This document shows positions 17,787 to 27,616 of a stretch of DNA of 64,000 bases, in pieces. Position 1 is the first letter of the stretch; every line of letters starts with the position of its first letter. The translations under genes were made by a program, and so were the position numbers. Source of the stretch: Thermodesulfovibrionia bacterium (GTDB lineage: Bacteria > Nitrospirota > Thermodesulfovibrionia > UBA6902); contig JAGVGM010000348.1 of NCBI GenBank assembly GCA_020057065.1, forward strand, positions 345-64,344, written 5' to 3'. The notes beneath the pieces were generated by a model, which made no database searches, was not told the DNA's origin, and saw only the letters and a list, made by a program, of their open reading frames with translations.

Positions 17787-20700
17787 CTATATTTGCCCTT
17801 TCACAAAGTAATCAGCCAATAACTCAGCCTGCTTCAGGACAGTATCAATTGCTTTCTGCTGTTTGTCCGGTGGATACCCGTATTTGTTCAACGTTCTTCT
17901 TACCAGCACCATCAGCTTTGCCCTTGCACTCTCCCGAATGGTCCAGTCTATAGTTGCATTGGCCTTTATCTTCTCTGCTACTTCAATCGCAATAATTCTC
18001 AATTTTTCATCGCCTAAGACTTCGACTGCCGACTCACTCTCTGCAAGCGCATCATAGAAGGCCAATTCTTCTTTTGATAAACCCATTTGAGTTTCTCTTT
18101 CGTCATGCTCTCTAATTTTTTTAGCGACTTCATCAACTAAGAACTGTATAATTTCTGCTGTTGTCAGTAATCCATTGTTGTACTTCTTGATAGCAGTTTC
18201 AAGCATTTCAAGCAAGGCCTTACTTTTCACCAGGTTGGTTCTTGCACGGTTTCGGATTTCGTCATTGAGGATTTTCTTCAACAATTCGAGCGCAAGGTTC
18301 TGATGCTTCATTCCCTTTATCTCTAATAAAAATTCTTCTGACAGAATAGATATCTCAGGCTTCTTTATGCCTGCTGCATCAAAAATATCTATAACTTTAT
18401 CGGAACTCAAGGCCTCATCAACGATCTGTTTGATGGCTGTTTCAATATCTATATCTGACCTGCCGGTGCCGCCGCCGACAAACTTTACAAGCCTCGCCTT
18501 TACTGCCTGAAAGAACGCGACTTCATCTTTAACAGCTAATGCCTTTTCATGTGGTATGGAAAGCACAAAAGCCTGATTGAGCAATGTTACCTCACGGATA
18601 AAACGGTCCTTGCCGTCTTCCAAACCCAGGATATGTTCCTCTGACTGTAAGATGATGGACAGTTTTTCTTTGGGCGAAACTGAAAAGAAACGTTTGTAAT
18701 TAAAACCTGTCCCCGGATAGTTGTTATAATAAGCAGCAGGTTCTGCAACAATAATTGCATCTTTTGTCTTGCTTTCTTCAAAGAAGATATGGCGCACCAC
18801 TTCTAATTTTTCAATAAGCATTGCAACTGCCTTTTCCTGAGTCTCTGCCGGATCCCCTTTCCCGCCTGAATCAGAATAGAAGGACAATGCCTTTTTAAGG
18901 TCTGATGCAATGCCCAAATAGTCCACCACCAATCCGCCGGGCTTGTCTTTGAATACCCTGTTCACCCTGGCTATGGCCTGCATTAAGGTGTGTCCCCTCA
19001 TCGGCTTATCAATATACATCGTATGCAAACAAGGCGCATCAAACCCTGTGAGCCACATATCACGGACGATAACCAGTTTCAACAGGTCTGCCGGGTCTTT
19101 CATTCTGTCAGATAAAGCCTTGCGTTGTGCTTTGGTGGTGTGCTGCTTCTGCATAACGGGACCGTCTGCGCTGGATGCAGTCATAATAACTTTGATTTCA
19201 CCTTTGGTCAGATCGTCATTATGCCACTCCGGCCTTATGTTGATTATTTCGTTGTAGAGGTCAACAGCAATTCTACGGCTCATGGCTACAATCATCCCCT
19301 TGCCGTCAAATACGGCTTGCCGTTGCTCAAAGTGATTAACAATATCCCTGGCTAAGTTTTTTATCCTTTCCTGATTTCCTGCAATGGCTTCAAGCTTGGT
19401 CCACCTGGCTTTGACTCTTTGCTTGTCGGTTAATTCTTCGTCTTCTTCAAGTTCCTTGTCGAACTCTGCGATTAATCGTCTGCCTTCTTCATCCAGATTG
19501 ACTTTGGCCAAGCGGCTTTCGTAGTAAATCTTAACAGTAGCTCCGTCGGCTACTGATTGCGAAATATCGTAGATATCAACATACTGCCCGAATACTGCTG
19601 GAGTGTTTATATCTGTGCTCTCAATGGGGGTTCCCGTGAAACCAATGTAAGTGGCGTTGGGCAAGGCATCTCTCATATACTTGGCAAAACCATAGGCTAT
19701 GCGTTTACCGATTATCTCTTTTGTTTCTTTATCTTTTTCATCAATCAACTTCGCCTCAAAGCCATATTGTGTTCTGTGTGCCTCATCTGCAATGACAACA
19801 ATGTTGGTACGGTCAGAAAGCCGGTCGTATTCTGCCCTGCCTGCGTCCGGTAAAAATTTTTGAATAGTGGTGAATACAATGCCGCCGGAAGCCACATTCA
19901 ACAGCTCTTTCAAATGTTCCCTATCCCGCGCCTGTACCGGTTCCTGCCTGAGCAACTGTTTTGAAGATGCGAAGGTATCAAACAACTGATCGTCCAAATC
20001 GTTACGGTCTGTGATTACAACGACAGTCGGATTGTTCAGGCTTAATACCAGCTTGCCTGTATAGAAAACCATAGAAATGGATTTGCCGCTTCCCTGTGTG
20101 TGCCATACAACACCACCTTTCCGGTTGCCTTCTGCAGAGGCGGCTTTAAGTGTGTTTTCCACGGCCTTGTTGACCGCATAATATTGATGGTAGGCCGCTA
20201 ACTTTTTTTCAGTTGCAATCTGTATGACGCCTGTTTTGGGGTCTTCTTTCTTTGATTTTTCAAATACGATGAAATTGCGGACAAGGTCTAATATAACAGT
20301 GGTATTAAGCATTCCTTTTACGAGAGTTTCCAATTGAGGAGCAAACCGTGAAGACTCGGTTCTTCCGTCTGCGCTTTTCCAGATCATATAACGGCTGTAC
20401 CCCGCCGAGATGCTTCCTGCCCTGCATTCCATTCCATCTGAAATTATACAAACAGCATTGTATGTAAACAGACCCGGAATAGTGGCTTTGTAAGTTTGAA
20501 TCTGATCAAAGGCTTTCCTGATGGTGGCGTTTTCATCCGCAGCATTTTTCAATTCAACCACGACGAGTGGAATGCCGTTGATAAAAAGTAAAATGTCAGG
20601 CCGCTTGTTTTGATTGTTCTCAATAATCGTGTATTGATTGACCGCCAGGAATTCGTTATTGGAAGGATGATCAAAGTCAATCAAAGCCACTTCATAACTT

Positions 20701-21023
20701 CTTTCATAGCCATCCTGCTGATATGGTATTTTTATTTTTTCTATAAGAAACTGGTGAAAGGTTTCGTTGTTGTGCAGTACATCAGGTGAATAAATACGCA
20801 GCACTTTTTGCACAGCCTGTTCTTGTGCGTCCGCAGGAATAGCAGGATTTAACCTTGCAACAACTTTGCGTAAGCGTTGCGTTAAAATGATTTGCTCAAA
20901 ACTTACCCTCTCGGCATCTTCGGCGCCCGGAGCAATAGCGAGGCCGTGAATATACTCCCAGCCTAATGCCTGAAATGTTTCAATTGCAAAGGTTTCTATG
21001 CTGGTTTCGGTAATTTTGGTCAT
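17787..21023 (-). CDS. hsdR: Type I restriction enzyme R subunit
   Basis: 1078 aa with an N-terminal nuclease region, SF2 motifs HTQGSGKS and ADEAHRTQ, and a C-terminal helical domain. Confidence 0.95.
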   Translation of the reverse strand: MTKITETSIETFAIETFQALGWEYIHGLAIAPGAEDAERVSFEQIILTQRLRKVVARLNPAIPADAQEQAVQKVLRIYSPDVLHNNETFHQFLIEKIKIPYQQDGYERSYEVALIDFDHPSNNEFLAVNQYTIIENNQNKRPDILLFINGIPLVVVELKNAADENATIRKAFDQIQTYKATIPGLFTYNAVCIISDGMECRAGSISAGYSRYMIWKSADGRTESSRFAPQLETLVKGMLNTTVILDLVRNFIVFEKSKKEDPKTGVIQIATEKKLAAYHQYYAVNKAVENTLKAASAEGNRKGGVVWHTQGSGKSISMVFYTGKLVLSLNNPTVVVITDRNDLDDQLFDTFASSKQLLRQEPVQARDREHLKELLNVASGGIVFTTIQKFLPDAGRAEYDRLSDRTNIVVIADEAHRTQYGFEAKLIDEKDKETKEIIGKRIAYGFAKYMRDALPNATYIGFTGTPIESTDINTPAVFGQYVDIYDISQSVADGATVKIYYESRLAKVNLDEEGRRLIAEFDKELEEDEELTDKQRVKARWTKLEAIAGNQERIKNLARDIVNHFEQRQAVFDGKGMIVAMSRRIAVDLYNEIINIRPEWHNDDLTKGEIKVIMTASSADGPVMQKQHTTKAQRKALSDRMKDPADLLKLVIVRDMWLTGFDAPCLHTMYIDKPMRGHTLMQAIARVNRVFKDKPGGLVVDYLGIASDLKKALSFYSDSGGKGDPAETQEKAVAMLIEKLEVVRHIFFEESKTKDAIIVAEPAAYYNNYPGTGFNYKRFFSVSPKEKLSIILQSEEHILGLEDGKDRFIREVTLLNQAFVLSIPHEKALAVKDEVAFFQAVKARLVKFVGGGTGRSDIDIETAIKQIVDEALSSDKVIDIFDAAGIKKPEISILSEEFLLEIKGMKHQNLALELLKKILNDEIRNRARTNLVKSKALLEMLETAIKKYNNGLLTTAEIIQFLVDEVAKKIREHDERETQMGLSKEELAFYDALAESESAVEVLGDEKLRIIAIEVAEKIKANATIDWTIRESARAKLMVLVRRTLNKYGYPPDKQQKAIDTVLKQAELLADYFVKGQI

Positions 21024-21035
21024 TTTGTAAATCTT

Positions 21036-21230
21036 TTACAAAATATTGAGCTTTTCTTTTTCAAACAGAGAACGCAAAAGCCTGTCGGAGGTGAGGAAGA
21101 CGCATTTTTCGCTCTTTAATGTAAGGAATATCTCGGCAATATCATTGGAAAGGGCTTTCATTACGAAATCAGACCCTTCTTCCTGATGGTAAAGTTTAAT
21201 GAGGGAAGAAGTATCCAGAAACGTCTTCAT
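21036..21230 (-). pseudogene. Internally deleted PIN-domain (VapC-like) remnant
   Basis: The 64-aa product joins a PIN N-terminus (MKTFLDTSSLIKLYHQEEGS) directly to a PIN C-terminus (VFLTSDRLLRSLFEKEKLNIL). The central ~60-70 aa of a normal PIN fold is missing. Confidence 0.6.
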
Positions 21231-21358
21231 ACAGCGCTCCTGCGCTCTGCTGATTCAGCGCCGGGGGCAATAGCCAAGCCGTGAAGGTATTGAAAGCCGA
21301 GTCTTTCCAACTCCTCAATGGTGTGACGTTCGATCTCGCTTTCAGTTATTTTACTCAT
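21227..21358 (-). pseudogene. Ghost 5' fragment of a second, diverged hsdR allele
   Basis: The minus strand reads MSKITESEIERHTIEELERLGFQYLHGLAIAPGAESAERRSAV*. The intact HsdR N-terminus reads MTKITETSIETFAIETFQALGWEYIHGLAIAPGAEDAER. ATGA overlaps occur at both ends. Confidence 0.75.
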
Positions 21359-21930
21359 CTTGTTCTTCTGGCCTGGCTTCGCGCCTGATAGAGCCTCTCT
21401 GTAAATCCGCCTTCGTCCAGAAACTGTTTTTCAAGCTGCCTCAACAACTGATCCAGTAAATAGTTCGCCTGATGAATCAGGCAGATGATGGTGTTCGCCG
21501 CCGCTTCCGGCGGCGAAGCTTCGATATAGGTCTTATAGGTCACATAGGACCTATCTTCTTTCCAGGCCATCTTTCGGATGGCTTGTGCCTGAGGATTATC
21601 TTTTCCCCAAAGCAACAGTCCCTTCTGTCGCAAAAAATCCTGATAATCCAGAAGCAGTTCTTCAAGGCTGGCACGAGCCACGCCGATCAATTTCAGTTCA
21701 GTCTTTTTTGAAGTCCCTGACGCCATGCTTCCCTCGGCGATATTCTGCTTGCCGCTACGCGCCGCCTGCACCATCTGGTCATGAGTTCGCGAACGCCTGT
21801 CAATGAAGCGGTCACAGAATGCTACTGTGGCGTCATAGACGATTTCTGAGTTCTGGTAAGATTTCAGATTGCGGTATCCGCCGTGAGGTAGTATTAAAGC
21901 GGTCTTTGATTTTTCATTCTTGTTGTTCAT
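21355..21930 (-). CDS. Four-helix-bundle protein (23S rRNA intervening-sequence-protein-like) with C-terminal extension
   Basis: Motifs YQNSEIVYDATVAFCDRF...QMVQAARSGKQNIAEGS...ARASLEELLLDYQDFL. I set the start at ATG 21930 (GAAGGGG upstream). This gene class is commonly embedded in Type I R-M loci. Confidence 0.65.
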   Translation of the reverse strand: MNNKNEKSKTALILPHGGYRNLKSYQNSEIVYDATVAFCDRFIDRRSRTHDQMVQAARSGKQNIAEGSMASGTSKKTELKLIGVARASLEELLLDYQDFLRQKGLLLWGKDNPQAQAIRKMAWKEDRSYVTYKTYIEASPPEAAANTIICLIHQANYLLDQLLRQLEKQFLDEGGFTERLYQARSQARRTR

Positions 21931-22027
21931 GTTGTCCCCTTCTTTGTTTTTTGGTTTTAGCAGCCCCATTAGTCTTATTTGTCCCATACGTCCTATTCTT
22001 ATTATCAGTCTTTCCCGTTTTTCTTAG

Positions 22028-22132
22028 TCAGTCTTTTTTCACCCTCACTTCTCCACTTATCAGCTTGGGTAATAGTGTATCACGCAGGCGGGTGAGGATT
22101 TGGTTTGTGCTTGATTTTATTTTTTGAAACAT
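22028..22132 (-). pseudogene. Ghost 3' end of an hsdS gene
   Basis: A 34-codon ORF reads MFQKIKSSTNQILTRLRDTLLPKLISGEVRVKKD*. The LRDTLLPKLISGE block is the canonical HsdS C-terminal conserved tail. It starts 2 nt after the stop of the hsdM-hsdS fusion ORF. Confidence 0.7.
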
Positions 22133-22134
22133 GA

Positions 22135-23712
22135 TTATTCCTCATCAATTAATTCAGGTTCATTAATATTTGCACGCCTTACTGATAATGCTTCTACGCT
22201 GCTGATTTCAATTAGCTTTCTGATTGGTCTTGCGAATGATTCAAATTTTTCAAGAATTGGTTTTGGTGGAACTAAGATTTTAACTTTTTTAATTCCTTTT
22301 ACATTTAAGCTATCAAGTATTGTCCCAATGTCGGTTTCACGGTAGGTTTCAATTTGCATGTAAGCACTTAGCAAAGAATTGATCAAATAGGCGGGAGTAA
22401 CTTTACCTTTATTTGGTCTGACTGCGGTCATATTTCTACCGATTGCAAAACTTCCATAAAAAGGAATTTGTGCAATTGCTCCGACTCTTCCTGTGTTTGT
22501 AATTAGACAATCACCTTCAATTGCTTCAATGTTTCTTATCCAAAAATTATATTGCTCTTCAGTGATGAAGAATTTTTCTGTTAAGTCAATTAATCCATCT
22601 TCAGCGATGTTGTAAACTTGAAGTAGTAGATAGTCAGTCGGATTTATACTTGGTTCGGGTTTCTTACTGTGCAAACAATCAATAACAGTGGTTGCATTTT
22701 GAAGTGTTTCAAATTCCCAACCATCTGGAATTTTTCCCTGAAATGAATCAATAAACTTTCCTTTGTTTGATTTGAAAGGGTTGTTGTCCTTATTCGGAAA
22801 TTCAAAATCTATGAACCAATAATGAAAAAGAGTTTTACTTAGTTCAAGAAGGTTGTTGATGTTGAGATTGGAAAATTTTGTTTTTGCAATTTCTGAGTAG
22901 CCAATTCTTTGAAATGAATTTTGAATTTCCTTTTCAAGAGATGCTCTTAACGTTTCATCTTTTGAAAAACTTCGCATCAAAGCAGACATGTTCTCTTTAA
23001 AATCTACTCTGATTTTTAAATCAGTTTCAAGCTCAATATATTTATTTGGTGAAAGATTAAATTCTTTTTCAGCAATATCTTTTAGTGTTACCGATTTACA
23101 GAAACCGGGAATGTTTTTGTAATCGGATGATTTTGCTTTCCATTGATGATAAGTTGAAGAGATAAAAGTCAAATCATCTTCAGTCAGAACTCTTTGGTTT
23201 TTGTCTATCAGCGTTCCCTTTCCCCTTGCATCCATCAATAGAACTTCCTTATTCCTATTCCTGTTTGTTGCGGATTCTCTTTTATTTCTTGTGACAAACC
23301 ATAAACAAGCAGGGATCGATGTATTGTAAAAAAGCCGGTTAGGCATTACAACAATACAATCCAGAAAATCTGATTCAATAATTGCTTTTCTAATATGCCC
23401 ATCACCAGTATTTGTTGCTGATAAAGATGAGTTGCCTAAAACGAAACCTGCAATGCCATTAGGGGCTAAATGATAGATGAAATGCTGAACCCATGCAAAG
23501 TTTGCGTTGTTCGGCGGCGGTGGCAGCTTCTGACCCAACACACTCCAGCGTGCATCATCCCGGAGCAGTTCACCGCTCCAGTCGCTATCATTGAATGGCG
23601 GGTTGGCAATGATGTAATCAGCCTTCAGGTCTTTGTGCATATCACTCAGAAAAGAACCTTCGTTGTTCCACTTTACGTTACTGCTGTCGATATGACGGAT
23701 AGCAAGGTTCAT
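22135..23712 (-). CDS. hsdM/hsdS: C-terminal half of HsdM (NPPF catalytic domain) fused in frame to a single-TRD half HsdS
   Basis: aa 1-~270: LAIRHID...IIANPPFN...[10 protein letters not shown] plus a coiled-coil tail (HsdM). aa ~290-525: [13 protein letters not shown] (HsdS central conserved region), one target-recognition domain, then [19 protein letters not shown]. There is no stop between the two parts. Confidence 0.8.
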   Translation of the reverse strand: MNLAIRHIDSSNVKWNNEGSFLSDMHKDLKADYIIANPPFNDSDWSGELLRDDARWSVLGQKLPPPPNNANFAWVQHFIYHLAPNGIAGFVLGNSSLSATNTGDGHIRKAIIESDFLDCIVVMPNRLFYNTSIPACLWFVTRNKRESATNRNRNKEVLLMDARGKGTLIDKNQRVLTEDDLTFISSTYHQWKAKSSDYKNIPGFCKSVTLKDIAEKEFNLSPNKYIELETDLKIRVDFKENMSALMRSFSKDETLRASLEKEIQNSFQRIGYSEIAKTKFSNLNINNLLELSKTLFHYWFIDFEFPNKDNNPFKSNKGKFIDSFQGKIPDGWEFETLQNATTVIDCLHSKKPEPSINPTDYLLLQVYNIAEDGLIDLTEKFFITEEQYNFWIRNIEAIEGDCLITNTGRVGAIAQIPFYGSFAIGRNMTAVRPNKGKVTPAYLINSLLSAYMQIETYRETDIGTILDSLNVKGIKKVKILVPPKPILEKFESFARPIRKLIEISSVEALSVRRANINEPELIDEE

Positions 23713-24494
23713 CTTTGCCAGACGCCAGGTGGTCTGATTGCTTTCCTGTCCGTAAATTGAGATGCGGTCTGCCGGATTGAGAGACAGCCCGTTTTTCTTT
23801 TTCTTATAGTAATCCCGATGGCCTCTACAAATTTTTCACTCTGTACAAACATTCCGCCTGAACCACAGCAGGGATCAAACACTCTGCCTTCGTATGGCTC
23901 CAGCATCTCAACCAACAGCTTTACGACACTGCCCGGCGTATAGAACTGGCCTCCCTTTTTACCTTCCGCCAAGGCAAATTCACCGAGGAAATATTCAAAC
24001 ACCCTGCCCAGAAGGTCTTTACTTCTGGCTTCCTTAGTACCCAATTCAGCGCTGCCAACAAGGTCAATCAAGCCGCCAAGACTTTGCTTGTCCAACTTCT
24101 CTTGCGCAAACACTTTCGGCAATACACCTCTTAGCGAAGGATTGTCTTTTTCAATCGCATCCATCGCTTCGTCAACATCCTTGCCGATGGTCGGAAGTTT
24201 TGCCCGACCCTGCAGCCAGCCCCAGCGTGAAGAAGGCGGCACGTAAAACACTTTTTCAGCGGTGTACTCATTTTTATCTTCAGGGTCTGCACCTTCACTT
24301 TTCTGTGTGGTAAGTTTTTGATACAGTTCTTCAAATGCATCAGAGATATATTTCAGGAAAATTAAGCCCAATACAATATGCTTATACTCGGCGGCATCCA
24401 TATTCTTCCGCAGCTTGTCCGCCGTCTTCCAAAGTTTTTTCTCTAACGGTTCATCATTCTGGTTGTTCTTCTCTTTCACAATTCGAGCCATCAA
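23709..24494 (-). pseudogene. hsdM: N-terminal part of HsdM, separated from the rest by a frameshift
   Basis: HsdM_N-like helical domain followed by [17 protein letters not shown]...[21 protein letters not shown]. After that the frame yields unrelated sequence. The other frame continues [41 protein letters not shown]. Confidence 0.8.
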
Positions 24495-24639
24495 TCATTC
24501 TCCTGTATCATTTTAATGGAGGCGCGTCCTGCTCATATATCCCTCTCCCCTTCACCGATTGCCCTATTATACCCCAGCCGTGAAAAAGGGGAAACTGAAA
24601 AGTGCGAAAGAGCGGAAGCGGGGAAGCGAAAAAGTTTAA

Positions 24640-25761
24640 TCAATAATACGATGCGAATCTTCGCATTCTCACATTTTCTATCATACTAAGCGCAATGAAG
24701 TTTGAAAGCAATGCCGTTCCGCCATAACTCATAAGAGGAAGCGGGATCCCCACGACGGGCATCAAACCAAGCGTCATTCCGACATTGACGAAAAAATAAA
24801 AGAAGAACATGTACGTCACACCGAGCGCCAGAAAACGCCCTGCATTATCCCTTGCCTTGTCCGCAGTATCAAAACCTCTCCATATGATAAACAGGTAAAA
24901 AAGAAATAACACCAGACTGCCCGCAAAGCCCCATTCCTCTGCAAAGATCGAAAAGATGAAGTCGGTATGTTTCTCCGGTAAAAATCTGTACGGTCCCTGT
25001 GTGCCTTTCAAATATCCTTTGCCTAAAAAGCCCCCGGCTCCTATGGACACCTTTGACTGCTTAATGTGATATCCAATACCCTGAGGATCGGCCTGCGGGT
25101 CCATAAAAGCAACGATCCTGTTTTTCTGATAATCCTTCAGTCCTCCCCATAAAAATTTACCTGCAATGGGAGAAACTATCAGTCCGATAATGACAGCAGT
25201 TATGATAATCTTTTTCTCCACACCGACAGTAAGGATCATTGCTATAAAGATAAACATCAAGATCAGCATTGTCCCGAGATCCGGTTGTTTAAGAATAAGT
25301 ATTGCAGGCAGAATGAAAAAGACAGCAATGATCTTTAGAATTTCATGTGCTCCGAGTTTCCTTCCCTGATCCAGACCCGAAAAATAGCGTGAAATGGCTA
25401 AAATAAAAAATATCTTGAAAAATTCTGAAGGCTGAAACGACAGGAAGCCAAGATTAAGCCACCTCTGCGCCCCCATGCCTTTCTTTCCGGCAACAAGAAC
25501 AAGGATCAAAAGAAAAATGCCGGTGATGTAAAGTATATTGGCATATCTTACAGGCCACCTGTAATCAACGATCAGCAGCACGAAAAAACATGCAAGACTC
25601 AGGGCGGTCCAGTTTAACTGCTTCAGATAGAATAATTCCTGATGGGTTTCAAGCAGAGGTCTTGTAGAACTGTATATCGTCATTACTCCTATCAAGGATA
25701 AAATAACGACTACAACTAAAAAACCCAAATCAAAATCTTTAATTATCCTGCGGTCTATCAT
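24640..25761 (-). CDS. rodA: Peptidoglycan glycosyltransferase RodA (SEDS family)
   Basis: 373 aa, multi-TM, FtsW/RodA/SpoVE-like. Directly downstream of mrdA in the mre cluster. Confidence 0.9.
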   Translation of the reverse strand: MIDRRIIKDFDLGFLVVVVILSLIGVMTIYSSTRPLLETHQELFYLKQLNWTALSLACFFVLLIVDYRWPVRYANILYITGIFLLILVLVAGKKGMGAQRWLNLGFLSFQPSEFFKIFFILAISRYFSGLDQGRKLGAHEILKIIAVFFILPAILILKQPDLGTMLILMFIFIAMILTVGVEKKIIITAVIIGLIVSPIAGKFLWGGLKDYQKNRIVAFMDPQADPQGIGYHIKQSKVSIGAGGFLGKGYLKGTQGPYRFLPEKHTDFIFSIFAEEWGFAGSLVLFLFYLFIIWRGFDTADKARDNAGRFLALGVTYMFFFYFFVNVGMTLGLMPVVGIPLPLMSYGGTALLSNFIALSMIENVRMRRFASYY

Positions 25762-25782
25762 GTTAGCTGAGAGCTGATAGCT
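25762..25782. repeat. TCAGC-type simple-sequence spacer
   Basis: The minus strand reads GAGCTATCAGCTCTCAGCTAAC and fills the mrdA-rodA spacer. The same unit type lies inside dnaE and hisC. Confidence 0.6.
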
Positions 25783-27615
25783 CTAATCTCCTGCATTTCC
25801 CTGATTGTCCTGAATGTGCTCCCCCTGATTTTGATCCCCAATTTCCCCGTTTTCCTGCTTACCTCCCTCAATTTCCGGTTTAGGCGGATTAAAATATGTC
25901 TCAATGACTTTCCTGGCTATCGGAGCAGAAACGCTCCCTCCATGCCCCCCATGTTCAACAAAAACAGATACGGCTATCTCAGGGTTGTTTTGAGGGGCAA
26001 ATGCTACAAACCATGCATGATCTTTGTATTTATCCGGTAGATCCTTTTCTTTAACAACTCCGCCAACAACCTGTGCCGTGCCTGTCTTGCCTCCAATGCT
26101 TACAATGTTCGATCGTGCTGCCCCGCCTGTGCCGCCGCCTTCGTAAACAACGCCGATAAGCGCCTTTTTGACCATCTCGACATATTCCGGATTTAATTCT
26201 GCAACGCTTTCAGGTTTCATATCATTATTGCCGTTGTTTACAAGATGCAGTTTATACAGCTTCCCTCCATTCACTACAGTAGCGATCATTCTCGCCATCT
26301 GGATCGGAGTGACTGCAAGATAACCCTGGCCTATCGCTACGCTGAGTGTCTCGCCCTGATACCATTTTTCTTTCCTCATCTTAAGTTTCCACTTTGTGGA
26401 AGGGACTATGCCTGAGGCCTCGCTTTCAAGTTCAACCCCTGTAGGCCTGCCAAGTCCTAAAGCCGATGCATATTGGGCAATTGTATCTATATTGATCCTC
26501 TTACCAATTTCGTAGAAATAAACATCACAGGACTCAACAAGCGCCCTGTGAAGACTGACACTGCCGTGACCTCCCTGTTTCCAGCACCTGAAAAGTCTGC
26601 TGAAAAATGTACCTCCGCTGCAAAATGCGGGAGTGTTCTCCGTAACAATGCCATCTTCAAGTGCGGCAAGCGCTGTGACCGGTTTAAAGGTTGAGCCGGG
26701 TGGATACTGGTTCTGGATCGCCCTGTTCATCAAAGGCTTACGGGGATCATTCATCAGTTCTTTCCAGTCATCACGCCCTATCCCCCCTACAAAAAGATTC
26801 GGGTCAAAGGAAGGTGCGCTGGCCATTGCCAATATCTCTCCGGTATCAGGTTTTATAGCTACCACGGCCCCGGTTTTATTCTCGAGACTTTTTTCCGCCT
26901 CCATCTGAGCGTTAATGTCTATGGAAAGTTTTATGTCATTGCCTCTTGAAGGCTTTTGTATCCTGATAAATTTGATCATGTTGCCGAGAGCGTCAACTTC
27001 AACAATCTTTTTGCCATCAATTCCCCTTAATATACTGTCATAACTTTTTTCGATCCCGAACTGCCCTATAAAAGCCTGCTGGGATATATTGCTGAATTCC
27101 GGAGAAGCTAACTGTTTAGGTGTGGGGTTGCCAAGATAACCAAGCACATGACTTGCTGCCTGTCCATACAGATATCCCCTGGCGCTTGTCACCTCGACCT
27201 GCAAGCCCGGGAAATCAATTTTCCTTGCCTCTATCCTTGCGACCTCTTCAAATGAAACATTCTGCCTGAGTTTAATGATCTCATACGGATTTAAAGAAGC
27301 CCGTGCGAGTCTTTTTATATGTTCCGGTGAGAGTGAGACAAGCCTGCCGAGTTCTGATATTGTATCATCATCCTTCGGCATATTTTCACTTACTATGGAC
27401 ACATCATAGGAAAGGACATTTTTGACAAGGGGATTGTCATTCCTGTCATAGATCACTCCTCTCGGCGCAGGGATGTCTATGACCCTTAACCTGTTCCGTT
27501 CGTCGATCTTCCTGTATTCATCGCCCTTTATCACCTGCAGATGCCAGAGCCGCAGAACAAAAATACAGAACACTGAAAGTACAATGTAAAAAGCGGCAGT
27601 TATCCGTTTGTCCAT
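25783..27615 (-). CDS. mrdA: Penicillin-binding protein 2 (elongasome transpeptidase)
   Basis: 610 aa with an N-terminal TM, SxxK (GSTFKP) and KTGTAQ. Context is mreBCD-mrdA-rodA. Confidence 0.93.
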   Translation of the reverse strand: MDKRITAAFYIVLSVFCIFVLRLWHLQVIKGDEYRKIDERNRLRVIDIPAPRGVIYDRNDNPLVKNVLSYDVSIVSENMPKDDDTISELGRLVSLSPEHIKRLARASLNPYEIIKLRQNVSFEEVARIEARKIDFPGLQVEVTSARGYLYGQAASHVLGYLGNPTPKQLASPEFSNISQQAFIGQFGIEKSYDSILRGIDGKKIVEVDALGNMIKFIRIQKPSRGNDIKLSIDINAQMEAEKSLENKTGAVVAIKPDTGEILAMASAPSFDPNLFVGGIGRDDWKELMNDPRKPLMNRAIQNQYPPGSTFKPVTALAALEDGIVTENTPAFCSGGTFFSRLFRCWKQGGHGSVSLHRALVESCDVYFYEIGKRINIDTIAQYASALGLGRPTGVELESEASGIVPSTKWKLKMRKEKWYQGETLSVAIGQGYLAVTPIQMARMIATVVNGGKLYKLHLVNNGNNDMKPESVAELNPEYVEMVKKALIGVVYEGGGTGGAARSNIVSIGGKTGTAQVVGGVVKEKDLPDKYKDHAWFVAFAPQNNPEIAVSVFVEHGGHGGSVSAPIARKVIETYFNPPKPEIEGGKQENGEIGDQNQGEHIQDNQGNAGD

Positions 27616-27616
27616 A

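Noticed and set aside
21669-21683. TGGCAC-N5-ACGC sigma-54-like motif
   Set aside because: It is on the plus strand inside, and antisense to, the four-helix-bundle gene. No plus-strand gene lies downstream, and the -12 element is poor. It is most likely a chance match.
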